DNA of 64,000 nucleotides from Raillietiella orientalis (taxonomy: Eukaryota), in NCBI GenBank assembly GCA_036172245.1, contig JAYWIR010000003.1, positions 4,960,001 to 5,024,000 of the forward strand. The letters are read 5' to 3'. The translations under genes were made by a program, and so were the position numbers. The notes below the pieces were generated by a model, which was not told the DNA's origin, ran no database searches, and saw only the letters and a program-made list of their open reading frames with translations. Every line of letters begins with the position of its first letter. The first letter of the stretch is position 1. This document shows, piece by piece, positions 60,769-64,000 of this stretch.

Positions 60769-63700
60769 GGGGAACTGCGACTGCCGCAGATTCAGGAGTC
60801 ATCGGCAGCCTCTTCTAGACCTCCTCCGAGAGGGCCGTGCATTTGGAGAGCAGGAGGAGAAGGTGGGGAAGGGAGGGGAGGGAGGAAAGCAGGGAACGAA
60901 TTTTCGCCTCGGCTCCCAACATAAAAGCCTTCCGACCTCCGTGCCCCGACGCACGTGTCCTTGGCAGCGTCTTCGCACCACCTCGTCGGCTACTCGATAA
61001 AAAAACAAAAAATCCAAACAAAAGAGCAGCGAAACGACCCGCGCCGTCTCACGGTCACGAGACCGCAGTAGCAACGGTAACTGCGGAGAGAGCGCGAAGA
61101 GAACGGGGGGCGAGAAGGGCAGGGGGAGGAGGAGGAAACGGAGGGAAGACGGGGAGGAACGTTGCTTCGAGGAAGATTCCACCACAGTCAACCTGCGGCG
61201 CTCTCTCGAGCGTCTCTTCTCCCCTGCGCCTCATCTCTCCCTCCCTCCTCCCTGCTGCTCCCGGTTCCCTGGCATCCTGCCTGTTTCTCGGGAACGGAAC
61301 CGCCGGCCTCTACTCGCAGGAACGGAGGTTGCGGGAAGCGCTCGCGCGCGCAGAAGGGGAGACTCACCTCTTCTGTAATGGAAGACGCTGCAAGCATTCA
61401 AAGTCACCAGCGTAGCCGCGTCGCACATGGCGGTCGGCTCGGTTCGCTATCGACGACGGGTGCCAGGCGGCGACTCACGCCGCAACCGCTCATCTCGCAC
61501 TCTGCTCACCTTCTGAGATCGCGCGGAGGCTGCTCGCAACGGCTGCGCCCGGCGGAACCTTTGCTCCGTGCCTCTCGCGGGGACAGGGAGAACGGCCGCG
61601 CGAGGAGGAGGAAGGCAGGTGGCGAGAGAAAGGCAGCCGGGTGAGGCGGGACACACGACAGAGGCTGCACGGCGCGAGCGAGCGGGCGCGCGCGCGAGGG
61701 TGGGGAGGTGAGGAGGTCGCGCCACGCTAAGAGGAGGGAGAAGCTCCTTGCCCTCAGACAGACGTCCCCGGGAGCTTCGCGCTAAGCGCTCGAATGCCAT
61801 TGTTGTCAAGCGGAAGGGCCCCGCTTTCCCTCCCCTTCCAGCTGGATCCCAACAATAAAACACGTCTTAGCAACAGTAGCTCCCAACAATGAAACACGAG
61901 CGTTCCATTGTTGGGAGCCGGAAGCGCAAAGGGTGAAAGAAACCACAAATAGTCGGCCCGATCGCGTAGCAACGAACCGCCCGCCTCTTGCAGCAGTCGC
62001 TGGGGATCCACGTGCAGAAGGAAGCCGTCCATGGCGTGTAGGGGTTTTCTTCCCCCACACGTCCGGGTACACGTGGCGGAGGAGCTGCTGCCACGGCCTG
62101 CATGAATGGAATTTCTACATGTTTTTTTTTTCTTTTACATTATTTTTTTTTCTTCTCTTGCCGTGGTTCCGTTTTCTAGGAGTGAACGTGTAAGGAAAGC
62201 TGTTGCTAGGACGCCTGTTTTTCCCCTCTGGTCTCGTCCTCTCCCTCCCGGAGTTTCTCCCCACTCTGCCCCTGGCACCTAGTGCGGGTTCCATCAATCG
62301 CCGTGCTCGACTCTTCCCATTAGCGCCGCATGCACGTTTAGTGCTGACCTCTGCTCTTCGTGCCCTCTGGCCGCGGGTTCCTGGTGGGTTGCGCGAATCT
62401 GTTAACCTCATGGCGGCCTCCGCCTCTCGCGCGCTGCCGCTGCCGCTGCCGCTGCCCAGGCGCGCCCTCGCTCTTCAGTGGATGCGTGGGCCTCATGATT
62501 TTCACCCACTCCAGCTTCGGGTCACGGAGCTCCTGAGAGCGTTCGTCCTCCGTTTCCTTCCCTTCTCCTTGCTCTCCGGGTTCCTCCCTCCGCTTCCCTA
62601 CAGCTCGGAGAAGTGCGCGCTTTTAGGACGCACGCGTCCGCTGCGCGAGGGACGCACGGTGCGGCTGCTCTTGAGGATGCTCTTGCGGCCCTCCCGCTCG
62701 TGATGGCCGTGCCGTGCAGACCTGCGGCTCTCGGCCGTCGGTAAGGTCTTTCTGGACGCCTGCGCAACGTGTCGTCGGAGAGAGAGGCCTCACCTTCGCC
62801 CGCGAGCGACGAAGCGACGGGAAGAGGGTGTGGTGGTGGTGGTGGTGGTCCCTCCCCCCCTACCCCCTCGGTAAACTCGGTTGACCGGAAGCGCCCGATC
62901 AGCGGCGGGAAGAGGAAAGGAAGAGGTCAGGGAAGTCCGCTATCGCCGTGTCTGCGCGCGCGCGCGGTTGTCAACAGCTCCCCTGCCCTGCGCGCACACC
63001 TGGTCTGAAGCGCCGCCGCTGGATCCGTTCGGTGCTCCAAGCGGCTGCTCGCCGACACGCACGGATGGGGAAGGCGGCACGCGCGGCTACCCGGCGGCGA
63101 CGCGGTTGGTTGCGTGAGATCTCGCACGGAAGAGCAAATAGGTCGCGGGGGATGGCGGGCGTGAGCAGAGGAACGGTGGCTCCATGTTTGGACCATCCCC
63201 ACACGTCTCCTCGACGGCTCAGTGGAAGGGTGCGCGCGGGGCGCGTGCACTCTGCTTCACTCTTCCTCTCCTCCTCCCTTCCCCCTCCCCCGTAAGCCCA
63301 TCCCCGACTGGAGGGAACGGAACTAGCCGAAGACGAGCGGCGAAGGAACTCTCCTTGGCGCTGACACCAACTCCGCGGAACCTCCTGGACCTTCTGGAGT
63401 TCGCGCGGGTGCTCAAGCGCGCGAGGATCGAAAACGACGCATGGCTGGGAGCCGGACCATCCCCAGGAGTTCCAAGTCGCCCTCGTCGGGCTCGGCTCAC
63501 TAGGAGCCGTGGAGAAGGACCGCTTAGGTGCTCATGGAGGACTCTTACGGAGGAGCAATCCAGGGGTTGCGCTCCTTCAAGGGTCACCGGGGAAGGGGAG
63601 GCGGGCCGGGAATCTGGGGGCACCCGCTCACGCGCCTCGGCCCTCCGCTGCAGTTGTCCCAGCTATCCATCCCGTTTTTGTGGGTTCCTGTCTCCTTCCT

Positions 63701-64000
63701 TGCCGTTTCCTGGCGCCGGAAAGTGGGGAGGCAGGAAAGGAACGGCGGGTTCCATGGGCTCCCCGCGGAAGTAGGGTCATCCCCCTTTCCGTGCCGGACT
63801 GCGACAGCGAGGGTGAGCAGGCGCGCGTCATTTCCCTTCTCCATCCGAGGTGATTTCCCTCCGGTCCCGCGACCACGGTACCACGCGCAGAGCACGCGCC
63901 TCCCCCACGAACCGCCGCCTCCCACCCCACGAGTTCTCCCCGCTGCCCGCATTCGTCCTCCCTTCAGCCCTCTCCGCCCTGGGCGGCGTTCCCCGCCTTA

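Noticed and set aside
13300..64000. Hundreds of long overlapping Arg/Pro/Gly/Ala-rich ORFs (e.g. 51817-53565, 21085-22512, 53451-54776, 43161-44411)
   Set aside because: Expected from stop-codon scarcity at high GC. They are open on both strands and in several frames, with no recognisable domains.

Overview
Eukaryotic, invertebrate genomic DNA, probably ecdysozoan (inferred from gene content and 44-57 nt introns; the species cannot be identified from the sequence). Composition is strongly mosaic. AT-rich blocks hold compact genes: the 5' part of NEURL4 (<1-968, -) and an intronless COX19 (11780-12058, +). A retroelement graveyard at about 3-10.6 kb contains L1/Tx1-like LINE pieces, DIRS/tyrosine-recombinase relics and a histone H3 pseudogene. 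GC-rich blocks (about 13.3-26.8 kb and 38-64 kb) generate hundreds of spurious ORFs. The best find, which no single ORF in the track shows whole, is a three-exon allatostatin-C-family (AstCC-like) neuropeptide precursor spread over 11.5 kb (17931-18059, 21426-21605, 29298-29411). It encodes a signal peptide and the C-terminal peptide DLRPQFWKCYFNALSCF. A SAM-domain gene of the Samuel/SAMD7/SAMD11 type lies at 59224-60768 (-). Other oddities are a cluster of long palindromes upstream of the neuropeptide coding exons, a probable GC-AG intron, many decayed tyrosine-recombinase motifs and an orphan CCAAT/CHR promoter-like module. No rRNA, tRNA or CRISPR array was recognised. All alignments and family assignments were made by eye.
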